Part shown: positions 49,049-62,533 of the stretch, in pieces
How the letters are laid out: the number at the start of each line of letters is the position of its first letter
Position numbering within the stretch: position 1 is the first letter of the stretch
DNA from: Peribolospora baueri
Lineage: Eukaryota
DNA: 64,000 nucleotides
Assembly: GCA_029717555.1 (NCBI GenBank)
Contig: JAMDHS010000053.1
Location: 62,001 to 126,000 of the forward strand
Direction of reading: 5' to 3'
Position numbers and translations under genes: made by a program
The notes under the pieces: model-generated
The model's input: the letters and a program-made list of their open reading frames with translations, nothing else
The model's database searches: none
Told to the model about the DNA's origin: nothing

Positions 49049-49397
49049 TAATGTTTGGGTAAGCAAGTTGCAGACTTCGCTATGTTAATAGTACTAGGCA
49101 CGCCGACGGCGTCAGTCAGTGCCTGGCTTCTTTACAGCAGTCACACCATGTACTTGTGCAGTAACTGAACTGCATCGTCGAGAAACAAGTTCATTACCAC
49201 AAATGTCCAGGAGAACAAAGCACATGAGGCGCATCCATCCATCCACCTGCCTCAAGCGCCACCTCCTTCGATGAGAACGGAAAGAAACAAAGGAGGCACG
49301 ACGGGTAACGGGGTATGTCAAGCACAAGACAGTCCACCACATCAGACCACATCAAGAAAGCCAAGCAAAGCCAAGCAATGCTAGGCGGAGTGACCGA

Positions 49398-52207
49398 TCA
49401 CTGACTGCCATCCCCAGGCCTGCCGAGCCCGCTCATCCTCAGCAGGCCGGCGAAGAGACTGCCGCTCTCGCCCTCCTTTGCCTTCTTTCCCGGCACGTAT
49501 GCACCCCGGCACAGGCCCGCGACTTCTGCGCCAAGCGAGACGGAGGAGGAGGAGCTGGTGTTCGAGGAGAACCTCGAGTCGTCGCCGTTGCCAGACCCCG
49601 CCGTCGAGAATGGCACTTCGTCCGGCTGCTTCACCAGGCTCCCGCTTCGGCGTTCGCTCACCACAGTGGCGTTGGCGACCGAAGCCTGAGCCTCAAACGT
49701 GTGTCCCAGCGCGTCATCGTACGAGTAGGTCCCGCTCGTCTCGCCTATCCCGCCGCTGCTCCAGAAGTAGCCCTGGGCGTGCTGCGTAGTGTCCGTGTGC
49801 GCCGACGCCGGCCGGCCAAAGGAGAACTTGGCGCTCGCGTTTGCATTCGCGGAGGCGAATATGGTCGTGCGCGTGTACGTGTGGTTCACTTGGGAGAAAA
49901 GCGACGTTGAGTTTTCGGTGAGGAGCACGGAGAGCGGGAAGAAGTACACGTCCGTGAGGAAGGGTGCGCCGTCGATCGTCGATTCCGACTTGCCGTGCGT
50001 CGACTGCACCACCATCTCATCCAGCCCTCTGTCCGTGTAGGTTTGCACGTTGCTGTAGCTGAGCTCCTGCTTCCATCCCGCCGTGAACTTCTTCCCGCCG
50101 CCCGTCTCCACGTATCCCACGATGTCGATCTCCCTCTTCATCACCTCCACGTTTACCGTCAAGCTCCCGTTCGCGCTCACGTTACCCTCCGGTCGACCGC
50201 TCACCTCGACCGTCGCATACGGCGGGGCATACACCGTCGTCATATTCCCCGTCGTCCTCTTTTCTGATGCAGAGAGCACGAGCTGCACGTTGCCAGAGAC
50301 AAACCAGTTACCGTTGATGCTGTGATCCGCTGATTCGCCTACGACGTTCAACGTGAAGTTATGGGCGGCCGAGTCGGAGAGCGAAGGAAGGAAGGCGGTG
50401 ATGTCGATCAGGTACGTAGGCTGGTCGTGGGCAGTCCGTCAACGGATGAAGAAGCGGTCGGATAAGTATCTGAGACGGCATCGAGGGTCCGAGGTGGAAT
50501 AGAAGAGACAACGGCTTCAACCCACTTGATCGAATGCGCCATAAGAAACCTGAGGACGCCACATGAAAGGGTCTAAGCGCAGAAGATGAACAGGGAATAG
50601 GCCGTCAGCACCACTACCGCATAGCAGCGGTAATTGCAATCTTCCCACTTAGGCCGCCAGTGAAGATGACCGGGTACGGGAAAGCGACACCAGCCAACTG
50701 CCCGTCGATGAGCAACTGAACCTACATGCCAAGCGTCGACCGAAAGAACAAGGAAACAAAAAGAATAGGGTTGGTCGCCAGGCGGGAGGGAAGATCGATG
50801 GGCGCAGACTTAAACGAGTGCGAGACCGAACGAACCTCGCGAAAGGGGCCTTTAGCGATGACGGTCCCAGACGGAAACTCGTCGGCCCACTTGTCATCGA
50901 TGTTAGAGTACCACTGAAGAAACGCGATGCGTATCGCCATGTCAGCGAGGATCCCCCACCAGGAAGAGACGGAAGTGAAGACGTAGAGGAGGACGACACA
51001 AAGAGGAGCGCGATTCGGGTACACACAAATTCTTCGTCGGCGTTGCCGCTGGCGTATATCTCGACCAGAGCCCGCTCGGCGTTGCTCGGTAGCGTGACCA
51101 TCGTGACCCCGCCGCCGATGGGGCTGAAGGAAGTGTTCGGTACGGAGAAGACGCTGGTCGTCGTGTTGGAGATCGTCGAAAGAGGGATGATGACGTCTGG
51201 CGCTGGTGGGAGCATGTGGTTTGGCGCGGAAGGGGGGGGAGAAGCGGTGTAGACGTTGAGGGACAGCTCGACTGCGAGGCGGCAGCGAGAATATGAGCAA
51301 ATGAACGAGCGTCAGTAACTCTGGTGAAGAAAAATAAGGGAGGGCAGAGCGTAGACGGCGCTCGCTCACCATTGTATGGGCTGGTGTATTTCGAGTTAAC
51401 AATATTCCCGAGGTCCATCAGCAGCGGCTGCTCCTTGGCAAACAAGGAACGGTAGACGGAGACGTCCTTGAGGGTGGTCCAGACTGTATAAAGCAACGGC
51501 AAGGAGGGCCACGATGAATACGAGTCAAAATGAATTATGGACAAGGCCTATTATTCGAGCGGTCATGCTCACTGATCCCATCCTTGGTAGGCTCAGCCGT
51601 GCTCGTCCTCCACACTTCCACATCGCCAAGCTGGATGCTGGCTAGTCGGTCGAACTGCACACCTTGGGAAGTGACGGTGAGATTGAGTGCGATGGCCTGC
51701 CAGGTGGACGAGTCGCCGCAAGGTCCCGTGGGAGGCGTGTAGATTACGAGCGCTGGGTGGCCGTAGCTGTGTAGAAGGAAAAGGACGAGGTGCCAAGAGA
51801 TGGTGAGCTCGTCAGCGTGTCTCCTCTAGCGTCTAGATGGGTGACAGAGCGTTTGGAAGAGAGACTGACGAGTTGCTGAACTGATGCTCTAGCAGCATCA
51901 CCCGGCAAACCTCCGTCTGCTCGCCTGCTATAACCAGTGGAGGGTGGTTGAGCTCGAAGTTCCTCAAAGGCGACTTGCTGGACGCACGGACGGACAGCGG
52001 ATGTGAGACGAGCGAGACATCCTCCTCCTCGCCATGCTGATAAATACGGGCACTGGCGGAGCGGGCCAAGGCACGATGGCGAGCTTGAAGGCCCTCCTGG
52101 ACTCCGTGCCGGCGAGGCGAAATAATGAAGCGGGCTTGCTCGGCGGAGACGAAGTCGAAGGCTGCGAGGCAGCCCAGGCCGGCAAGAAGGCTGGCGAAGA
52201 CGCGCAT
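49398..52207 (-). CDS. Secreted peptide-N4-(N-acetyl-beta-glucosaminyl)asparagine amidase A (PNGase A family)
   Basis: Signal peptide MRVFASLLAGLGCLAAF, then FSNSYGHP, GVQFDRL, EVWRTSTAEP, SGNADEEFWYSN, GPFREV, PVIFTGG..PFMWRP and PTYLIDITAFLP. Confidence 0.9.
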
Positions 52208-52777
52208 CTTCTCTCGCCCTTCCTTGAGCACGCTCAAGGTTCAACAAAAATAATCGATAATTCGAATATTGACCGTCTGTCCTCACAGCTGGTGGTCTGG
52301 AAAACACGAAAAGACAGGGTCGAATGAGAGCGAACACCAGCTCCTCGAGACGTCACGATAAACAGGGCAGGGGGATTTCGAGCGCGAAGCTGGTGCGAGC
52401 GCCTTTCTGAGGACGGGAAACGAGTGTAAGTGTAAATGAGTGTGAGCGAGAGCTGGAAGGAGGATGAAGGAAATGGGATGGAGTGGCCGAGACGATCGTC
52501 GCTTTCCGCCCGCCCACCTATCCATCCTCCCGCCCATCCATCGTCTATCATTCCTTCCTCCTTCCCCGTCTCCTTATCGGAGTTATCGCACGACCGTCCT
52601 CGCGTCGCACGTGACGACCGTCGGCCGAACCGACCGAAGGCGCGCCGCAGTCGGCGGTCCGCGGCTGGTCGCCGTGTCTGAACAAGATGGGTATGCTTTG
52701 TTCTCCAATATCCCATCGGTCCCACCGTCCCCTCCTTCCCAAACGTGCCCCTGTTCCCCTCGTCGCCCCTCTCGGAA

Positions 52778-55700
52778 ATGGAGGAACCAATGGTCGCCGC
52801 CGCACCGAGCCTAGTGCGCGCTTGGCAAGCTGCCTTTGCGACGCTCAACCGCGGTCGACCAGGCATTCAAGGAGTGTTGGAGTGCTCCGAAGTGAGTGGA
52901 CGACCAAGCGTGCGAGAACGTTTCGTCGCTCCTCCTGCTCATCCGGATGGAAGGAGAGGCGAGAAGCGAGGGAAAATGCGCAGTTTGGCAGTTGCGCTAA
53001 TCCATACATTTTGCATCGGGACGGCAGGCATGGGCGGCCGCTACGGACTATCTAGGACCTCGTACGATCGAACAGTGCGACGCCGAACCGGATGCCTACA
53101 GGTGTGAGCAAACGATGAATGCAAAGCTGGAGGGTTTTGCCTTGTGCTTCTTTCTCCTTATAAGAGACGTCTCTATATCATCTTCATCGTCTTTCATGGC
53201 TCCAAAGGCTATCCGGACAGCGTTGTCACCGCAATCGGTCTCCTCAAGCAGGTCGGCATGGTCGACAATCTCCGAGCGTGGTACCTCGGTAAGCGACCAT
53301 CCGTATTCTCTAGCCATATGCATTGCGACTACCGTTCGATTGCTGTTTAACTGGCCTTGTCTCCATTTGGAGCAGATGCTACACGCCAGATGTTCGCGAC
53401 GAGGGTCAAGCCAGAGCTCGAGCAAGCCATGTCCCAGTGGGAGGTGTGTTTGGAATGATCTTGGAAGCGGTATGGTGTTGTCTGTCGTCTGAAAAACGAC
53501 GCTGACCATGCTGACTCGGATGAACAGACGACTCGACAACCCAACATTTTACCACATCTTGCCGAGCGGCTCGCGATGTGGCTTACCGTATGGTCCAGAC
53601 CATTGCAAACTGTGCCGAGGTGGGATTTTCTCACATAAATCGGCGCCTCAGACGCTATCTAATATTGGGTTTTCCCTCCCCCTTCTCTTTTCATTGGACA
53701 CTTGTTATCGGACCAAATCGGCAACGTCTCAGCGATGAAAAGGCGCTCACTGCCCTCTCCCTCCAGTTCTGTACCCTCCTTCACGCCTCCCTCTCCTCTT
53801 CTTTCTTCGACCTCATCAACGCGTACCTCCATGCAAGTCTTTCCGCCACTCCCCTCATCGCTCACCGGCTCACCGAGGATCAGGACTCCGCACCCGGGGA
53901 AAGCACGAGCAAAGTCCAATTCCCAACTTCGTCCTCCCCCCTCCCATCGTCCTTTCCATCAACGCAAATATCTTTCCTCCCCACCATCCGCCGCCTAAAC
54001 GCACTCGGTTTGACTGCGCGGATTGAGAACCTGGTCAGCGCGCTGGTGTTCGAGGACATCGAGGCGAGGGTGAAAAGCATGGCAGAAGGCAAGTTTGAAG
54101 TCGGCGCTTTGGACAGGTTGGTGGATTGGCTAGACTCGGAGGTCGCGCCGTTGGTGGAAGGCGTGTTCTCTAGCGCCGGAACAGGGAAAGGTGAGTTATA
54201 GCTCAACGTGACTGTCGTTCCCATCACCGATGCCAATGTCTGCTTATGCTTACACCGCGTGAACCGCTTCCGCGATTCACTCGCCACGCTAGCTGAGGAG
54301 TGGTACGGCAGGTTCAGGTTCTGCGTCTACAAGACTCTGTGCGAGCTTCGATGTCGCGAGCTGTTTGACATAATCCACAAGTGGGGCGAGGAGGGGGTCT
54401 CCAAGCCTGCGCTCGAGGATCTGAAGGTGGGTTGGGGTGGACTTGCCAAGGCATTCCCAGAAATTCTTCAATCACCTAGCTGACTACCTCCTTCCATGCT
54501 GCAGGCGTGTCTCCGCGTGACGGGTCAACGCTCCCTCGTGATCGCTTCTCTCAACGAGAGCACGCGCAAGCGATTGCTCGTCCAGGGCGTAGACACGGCG
54601 TCCATCGTCATCTGGTACATTAGGGCCGTAGAAGTTATGTACTTCCTAGACCCGCCCGGCGTCCTCCTAGCCAGCGTGGCCGAACCTGTCTGGAAATACC
54701 TTCGGTGGGTCCGTTAACCATCGGTTAGCATATGCCCGTCCGTTCCGCAGGCCCTCTCATCTTGTTTTTCTTTTCTCCTTCTCAACTTCACCCTTCTTAC
54801 TCTAGCTCTCGAAACGACACGGTACGCGTGATCGTCCGCGCGCTTGTGGAAGAGGACCAGGCTGAGAGCAAGATCGCACGAGAGCTCGAGCAAGGCGAGC
54901 CGTTGCCTCTTGAGTTGGGAAAGGGAGAGGAAATTGACTACCTTGACGAGACCTGGGAGCCTGCGCCCGTCGATGCCGGTCCATGTGCGTTCTTTTCCGG
55001 TCCCATCATGTCCGGACGGACGTGCCCTTAAACACGTATTCAGGTGTCGCTTACGCCACGTCCCGCCTTGCCTTCTCTGCGGCGGCCGTACAGACTACAA
55101 GTCGGGAAAGAAGCCGGACATTATCACGTCGCTCGCTAACATCTACGACACGAAGACCGTCTTCGTGCCGGATATTCAAGCGTCAATGGCTCAACGCCTG
55201 TTGAACATCAAGGACTACGATCTGACTAAGGAGGTGGGTAGCTAGATCAGCAAGCGAGCCTGCGGTCTCATTCTGCAGCCCGCGTTTTGGTTCGGACACG
55301 AGTTCCAGCGCGATCGAGGGTCGCTCACACGTTGCCATCCATTCGTCCCGTCCCCTCATGGATCAGCGACAAAAAAGCGAGCTGCTCAAGATGCGCTTCG
55401 GAGAGAGCACGCTTCAGGTCATCGACATCATGGTCAAGGACCTGGACGACTCGAGACAGATCGACTACCATATCCATAATGAGCATAAGGTGCGCCATTC
55501 GCTCGGTACCCGACGGCGTCGAGCACTGGCGTCCTTTACTCCCCACACCGCGCCCGCAATTCATGTCCATGGTTGACCTCATGCAATTTCCGTTCTCCCT
55601 ATTCTTGTCGGGTGTTTCCACCACCCTATTTAGGTAGATTCGCCTTTGCATCCCACCATCACGTCCAAGCAATTCTGGCCGACATTGGAGTCCATCTCTT

Positions 55701-56765
55701 TCGAACTACCGGGGCAACTGGCATCGTGAGTGGTCGCGAGACGGCGAGGCCACGGAAGTCACCCAAATTTAGTTTATTTATGAGGACCGTCTCTACTCTT
55801 CTCCATCTCCTCCTATTCGCTTGACCTCTACACAGCATGCGATCGACCTACGTGGCCGCCTTTGAGAAGCACAAGCCCGGGAAGAAACTACACGTGCTGC
55901 CCATGCGAGGCAAAGTCACCGTCGAGCTTGAGCTCCAGGATCGGACGCTCGAGCTCGAAGTCGGTCTGCTGGAGGCCAGTGTCATGGAACTTTTCCAAGG
56001 ACGGCGTGAGTCGGCTTTCCCTTTTCATGTCGTTGCTTTTTTTCCTGGTAGCGTCGAGAAAGCCAGGAATGGATTTGACCTGACAAGAGTTGATCTTGCA
56101 CATGACCTGCGACTCCCAGCAACATGGTCATTCGCCGATACCATGTCAACTCTGCACGTCGAGAACAGCCCGGCCGGTAAGGCTGCGCTCCGTCGCGCAC
56201 TCAATATATGGATCAAGGAGGGCGTGCTCAAACCTTCTGGCGAGGATGCCGACGTATTCGAGCTCCTCGAGATTAAAGAAGACACGGCGCCACGGAATGG
56301 TAAGTCGATGGGGATTTCGACCGCTGAAGAGGCGGCTCAATCTCTTTCCGAACACTCATCTTGCCTCTTCTACGACATTTTCAAATTACTCTTTCTCCAG
56401 TTGAAATCGACGAGGAGCCCGGTGTTCCAGCCGTTTCGGAGCGGGATCTGCAAGAGATGCGCGTATTCTGGGCGTGCGTCCTTTCTCTTATCTGCCGAAC
56501 ATTCCGTGGAAAACAAAGAGATCTGAGAGCTGTGAGACTGACTGTGTTTTTGCTCTGCGGTAATGTGCTCACTATGGCCGAATGCAGCTTTATCCGCAAC
56601 ATGCTCCGCTCTCTACGCGCACAATCCACCGCCCAGGTCCACAGTCGCCTGAAAGCTTTCGTTCCCAACTACAAGCGCACCGAACAAGAGCTCGGGTTCC
56701 TGCTCGCCGATCTGCAGAAGGAAGGTCTCGTCATGCAGAGCGATGGGGTATGGAAGTTGGCTTGA
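52778..56765 (+). CDS. APC2: Anaphase-promoting complex subunit 2 (cullin-like), multi-exon; start codon less certain
   Basis: LRCRELFDII, PALEDLK, RLLVQGVDTASI, LDPPGVLL, WEPAPVDAGP, LLKMRFGE..LQVIDIMVKDL.DS and a C-terminal winged helix FIRNML...GVWKLA. Confidence 0.92.
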
Positions 56766-56927
56766 CATGCTGGGCGTGCGCATCACATGGACCCACCATC
56801 ATCAACTGGGGTGGTCCGATGTAGTCCTAGATGCAAGTTGCAGTGATCCTGTGCAGCGTATTATACAGCAGCCCGGGGCGTCTCGCCTTACACGAAGCAA
56901 GCAGCTCGCCGTGGGATCCCCCATCTA

Positions 56928-59295
56928 TCATATTCCATATGCTTTGACCCTGTCAGAGAAGAAAAGCAAAAGCGTAGCGCAGCGACGGCCCGACCAGGTC
57001 AGGACCCGGCCAGCACGCCGGAATGGGCAAAACGGACAAAAACGTCGCCCACGTACCTAGAAAAATAGAACGGCTTCTGGTGCTTCTGAGGCAAGGGGAG
57101 CACCTCACCGGTGCCAAGATGGATCGAGCAGTACTCAATCATATCCAACCTGTTCCATTTGCCTCTCGTCGTACTCCTCAATCGAAGCTCCATCGTGAAT
57201 GCGTATTGCTTCATCGTCTCGTCTCGGATGTTCTCGATCACCACGCGCGGTCCCATTACTTGTCCCGCACCCGCTGCGAAAGCTGCGTCTCGTCGTCGTG
57301 CCCATGCCTTGCCTGTCACAATACCGAGATCCACCCCATTCATCTCCGCGTCTGGATCAGAGTCAGACGTCGTGGTTGTTTCTGGCAGATCAGATTTCAG
57401 AGCATCGTCGTCGATGCCGTCAGGCAGAAGGCGCCATTGGCCGGTGGAGAAGCCTTTCATAGACAAGCCTGGTTCAAGGCGACGGACGGTTTCCGAGGGA
57501 GGATCCGTCGTGAGCAAGGCGAGCACTTGACCTGAGGGCAGGAAGCGAAGCGTTCTGAAATACTCGATGACCTGCGTTATGAAGAAGTTGCAGCGGATAA
57601 GCGAGGACCACGGGGGTACAGAGGTTCGAGAATTTCGTCCCCCAGAACACTTCAGACTCACATGCACTACATTGATCCAAACATTCTCTTCATTATGTCC
57701 CTTACGGATATACTGACAAGTAGAGATGTACGCGCCGTTCAACCGAAGGCGAGGCTGATTGATGAAAGCAGTGCGCCAGTTCTGGTTGTGCATGGCATAG
57801 AGCTTTTGCGGCGCGAGTCGGCGTGGGATTTGAGGAGGAACGTAGACGCGGTGGACAATCTCTCTGTGTTTCACAAAGCAACACGAAAGTGTGGATGACG
57901 AGATCAGCACGGAAGGCGTCTCGGTTAAAACCCATGAGTGAGGAGAACGTGAACAACACCACTGCAAGCTCACCTCCAGATACTATCATCCCTGCTGACC
58001 TCCCTAAACTTCCTACTCGCCCTCGCCGCCATCTCCAAGCTCGTCACGTCCACACCCTGCCCTCTCCTCCCCAGGGCCACGTAAGCCAAGATGTGCACCA
58101 ACAGCTCGTCGGGAATGCGAGAGATCGGTAGAGGCGCCTCCTCGTCCTCCGGGGTGAAGTTTACGGAGAGAGCGGAGAAGGAAGAGAGGAGAGCGTCGAG
58201 TGAGATCGAAGTTGGGGGGTTAGATTTTATTGTCATCGATGCTGCCATGCCGGTGCCAGCGCCAGTTGCGATCATAGAGGCGTTGGGGCTGGTCGTCGGC
58301 TGGTGATGGTGTACATCGATTGACTTGCCCTTGCTTTCCTCGTCCGTCCTTGCTGATGACTTTTGTCCGCTGACAGGTGCCCCTCTTCCAATGTCTTTTT
58401 CACCCGAACCTGTGCGACGGGCCCTGAGCGCAGCCTCGAAGTCTGCAGGCGACTGAACGGCCAGAATGCCCCAATCCAGAGAGCCTGCCCCACCAGTGTC
58501 CAGAGCCCCTACAAAGTCCACTCCTGCAGAAGCGGAGGACGTGCCGATAGCAAGAGAAGCTTGCGCTCGTTGGTAGAGCCTGTCGACGTTCGAATCGAGC
58601 CGGAAGGCTTTGCGATAACTAGTCAGAGCTGCACCGGACAGAGTAGAGTAATGTGCCAATCAGCGGATGTACGCACAGGCCCGATACGCGCATGTTCTCT
58701 GCCTCAAGCTACGATTTTTGCTGCCTGATGCCGACGCATGCGACCAGCGACACCATCCAGCCAAGGAGACCACCGTCCTCCCTCCGGAAATACAGCCCAC
58801 CCACTCACCATCGTCCAACCTGCCAGCCCTCTCGGCCTTGACTGCCACGGCATAAATCTCGATAGCCGCCTGCATCCTTTTCTGCGTGCTGGCATTTGCA
58901 TTGGCAGGTGCTTGAGGGTTGAAGTGAATGATACTTTGTGTGTGGGCCCGGGGCTGCGTGTGGATCTGTGAAGCGAGTGCCGGTGGCGAGCCGGGTGGAG
59001 AGGCTGACGAGGCGGAGGCGTCGGGTCGATCGGCCGGCGAAGAGCTGTCTACTTCATTCAGCACAGCGGCAGCGACAGTGGGGAGAACGTGTGCCCTGGC
59101 CGTCGACGCTCCAGGAAGCCGGGCATCGGTGACGGCTTTCTTGGAAGGTGCGTCGGGCTGAGCGTAGCCATTGTTCCTCTCCCGAGCAGGGTCCTGCTGC
59201 CGCTGGTGGCGCTTTCGCTGCTCCACCTCCTCCTTCCACTGCCTTCGAAAACTCTCGAGCTCGTCTGCGTCGGCCATTGCCGAGCCCGTCGCCAT
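56928..59295 (-). CDS. HRT3: F-box protein of the Hrt3/Pof7/FBXO9 family
   Basis: ELESFRRQWKEEV, TPR-like AVKAERAGRLDDALTSYRKAFRLD, F-box ISRIPDELLVHIL, PRLRLNGAYIS..YIR, YFRTLRFLPSG and KPFYFSRVKAY. Confidence 0.88.
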
Positions 59296-59518
59296 CGGTG
59301 ATGGTGGTGGTGGTAACGGTGGTTGTTCCTGGCGCAGAGCCGATCGCCGGCATTGCTGCGGCTACTGCTACCCGGGTGTTTATTACTAGTCGGAACGACG
59401 ACTACTGGTCCTGACCCTTGAAATGCTCGGTACATACAACGGCTTGAGAAATGGCTAAAAACACAGTGATACCAGATAGCGACAAGCCAGAGATGCTAGA
59501 AGGAAGACAGCGCAGAAC

Positions 59519-62065
59519 TCAGATGCGTTTACGACACTTCGGACCGCTTGCGAGGAGGGAAGATTTGCTTGGGGCGAGAACGGCAGAGGGGTCTGTCGAG
59601 GAAGGAAAGGATTCGCGATGACAGGCAGAGACGACGTCAAGTAGGACCATGGGAGCCAGACGTCAGCCGCACCCGGCATACAACACCGCCTTCCGTCGCA
59701 GGAGACCAGCAAAGCCTATTGAAGCCGAGTGCGAGAATCCACAAACGCTCACCTAGCTGAAAATCGAAAGCGTCCGCCGCGCCTCTTTTCTTTCTCCTCC
59801 TGTCCTTCTCTTGATCGGACCTCGATTTGAAATGCATCTCCTTCCCCTTTCCCTTGCCTTTCAGGTCATGCTTCTCGAGAAGTCCATCTTCAAACTCAGC
59901 CACGTCGTCCACACGCACCTCAGCGTTGACTACAGAGTCGTTCTGTCCCAGTACCCCAGCCATAGACGAGCGCTTTCTCCACCACTCCACCTTTTCCTGC
60001 ACGGGCTCCTGCCCGTGCACCGCTGCCGGAGCGGCGGCAGGGTAAACGCGAGAATTGCTGATATCGTTGATTTTGTGCATTGTGGAGAGTCGAGCAGAGG
60101 TGAGCCGGTTGGACCGAGGACGGCTCACCATGCCAGCACGAAAGGCGGTGGCGGAGGAAGAGGAACGTTTCTCGCCACCCATGCCGAAGCTGGGCAAACG
60201 GACGCTCTCATCGTCAAAGTTATACGACGGCTCTTCGATCTCCAGGCTCTCATCGAACACCTCCAGCTCTGACGACGCGGCCGCTGAGCTTAGACGGCGA
60301 GCTCTTCGAGCACTGGCGCTGGCGTCGGGCATCCGTCGTGAACGCCGCCGATCGACTGCCATAGACTCGGACTGGAGGTTCCGAGGACTCGAAGACGACG
60401 CGCCAGACAATGCGCGCTGACCGGACGCGGGGATGGCCGCTCCGTTGGAGGAGGGCAACTGGTCAGGGAACAGAGTGGACAACACCGCAGAGTCGCCTAG
60501 GAGGGAACCTATGCGGTCGTTGTTGCCATCGCGTCTCTTGCCCTTCGTATCTCTCCGTTGTTGGGATATATCGGCCGTGTTTGACCTGACGAGGTTGCTG
60601 GATTCAAGCTGTTCCACCCGTCGGCGCAAGACCTTCACCTTCTCTTTCAGCTGCGCGTTCTGAAATAGGCGGCGGCGTAAACACGAAGACGCACACATAT
60701 GAGATGCACTTGCACGATAATGACGTCAGCGAGACGAGGGAACGAATACACTCACCCGCTCGTCCACCCTCCGATAAGCGTCTGCGGTCAGATTTGCCTT
60801 TTCCTTAGCCCGCTCCGCTTCGCCTCTAGCTAACCTCGCTTCCTGTCGGGCCTCTTCGACTTCCCTGTCGCGCACATATGCGCCGCAATACAATGTCATG
60901 CAACAAGTAAGCGGAAAAGCTTTTGGCAGAACGGAAAGATGACGGTGACGAGAGGACGCACCTTTCGGACAATTTGGTAGTCTCCCTCAACTTCCTTTCT
61001 GCTTCCGCAACCCTCGTACTGGAAGACTCCAAAGCTTCGTCCCTCTCCTTCTCCGCGCGCTCCTTCTCCTCTGTTGCGGTCGCGACTCCGGTCTTGATGG
61101 CCCTCGCGATCTCGACATCGGTATATTGCACCCGCAAGTTGAACTCGGTCTGGTCCTGTGCAAGCTTAACCCTGTCCTGGCGCAGCTGCGCCCGCTTCGC
61201 CTCCGCCCAGCTACGAAGCTTCTCCAACTCCTTCTCGCGCTGCAGTATGGACGACTCCTTGGCCTCCAGGGTGCGACGGGCGTTGGCGAGCTCGTTGCAC
61301 TCCCGCTTCGCGCACTCCAGCTTCTGTCGCGCTTCATTACGCGCGGAGGACGCGTCCTCGCGCAGCTCTTGTAGCTGGACTGTTGCCGCTCGTAGATGGT
61401 CTAGACCTTCGACGAGGGCGGCGAGTTTCTGGATCGCAGGAAGAAAACAGCCGAGCGAGGGAAGATAAGAGTCGATGATCACTGCTCATCAACAACGCCG
61501 TTTGCCAGTCCAGGAGACCGAGGCGCCGACAGGATGCTCACCTGCGCGTCGTCCGCCTTGGGAGGCAGCTTGAGCTCTCCGGCTTTCCTCTTCGCTCTGT
61601 CTACAAGCTTGGCCGCAGTGACACCGTCCCATCGTTCGACAGCTGCGACGAGATGTCTCAAAGTGCGCGACAGTTCCGCTGATCGCGACTTGTCTTTTCC
61701 CTCGCCGTCTCCAGCACGGGGCTGGGAAGGGGTACCGCCAGCAGCGGAGGCGTCGAGGTGGAGACAAATGAGAAAGCTGGAGAGGTCGCCGGGAGGATAC
61801 TCGCGTCGGCAGATGTGACAGCGGGGTGCGCGTGAGCAGCTCGTAAAATGTGATTGCAGACAGCCATAGTGCGCTCCATGTCCTGCATGCGAGCGGGCGG
61901 AAGGCGGAAGAGAGGAAGGAAGTGAAGAAGCGCGTCAGTAGCTTGGTTTGGAGTGAGCGGGAAGGAGAGGGACGAATGATCACCGCAGAGGAGGACGGCA
62001 GGTCTGAGGTCTTTATCGGGACCGCCGAGTTCGACCGTGTCCAAGCATATGGCGCAGTCGAACAT
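59519..62065 (-). CDS. N-terminal RING-H2 E3 ligase with a long coiled coil and a disordered C-terminus
   Basis: Spliced RING CAICLD...LCGHGAHYGC...CHICR, a heptad-rich exon at about 60960-61430 and a last exon DPSAVLAPSKSSLLASGPKCRKRI stop. Confidence 0.8.
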
Positions 62066-62533
62066 GGATTCGTCTGTCTCGCCGCCGACACAGACCTGCT
62101 GGCGAGGAGAACGGACGAGAGAGGAGAGCAGATCGGGCGGACTGGCGGTGATCGCGGTCGCGTGCTGACGCGACCTCTCCGGCTCCCGCAGCCGGCCGCA
62201 GTCGGTCGATCACACCGGCGCACGTGGCAGGGGGTTGACTCGAACGAGTCTTCTTGCGTATATGCAGGAATGCTCTTGCGTACATTGATCACTTCTTCCT
62301 CGTCCCGGTGACCCTTGCAATGCAAATCATGACGGACCTGACCCCGGAATCGCCTCCGTTTTCCCCCTTCTCCCTCCTCGTCGTTTTGAAGCTGCCACCA
62401 TCACCTCAGCGCCTCATTCCCTCCTTTTCCCTTTCAGCTCCCTTCTCACCCTTTCATCCCTTCTTTTCTTCGAGTGCCCTTTATAACAGGCACCTCTCCA
62501 AGTCCCTCCGGTCTTCCTTCGTTTCTTCCTGGC

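Noticed and set aside
40887..52207. Lipase, phospholipase D and PNGase A in tandem as a possible hydrolase cluster
   Set aside because: Unrelated substrates and compartments, ordinary housekeeping families, and no shared regulator or backbone enzyme.
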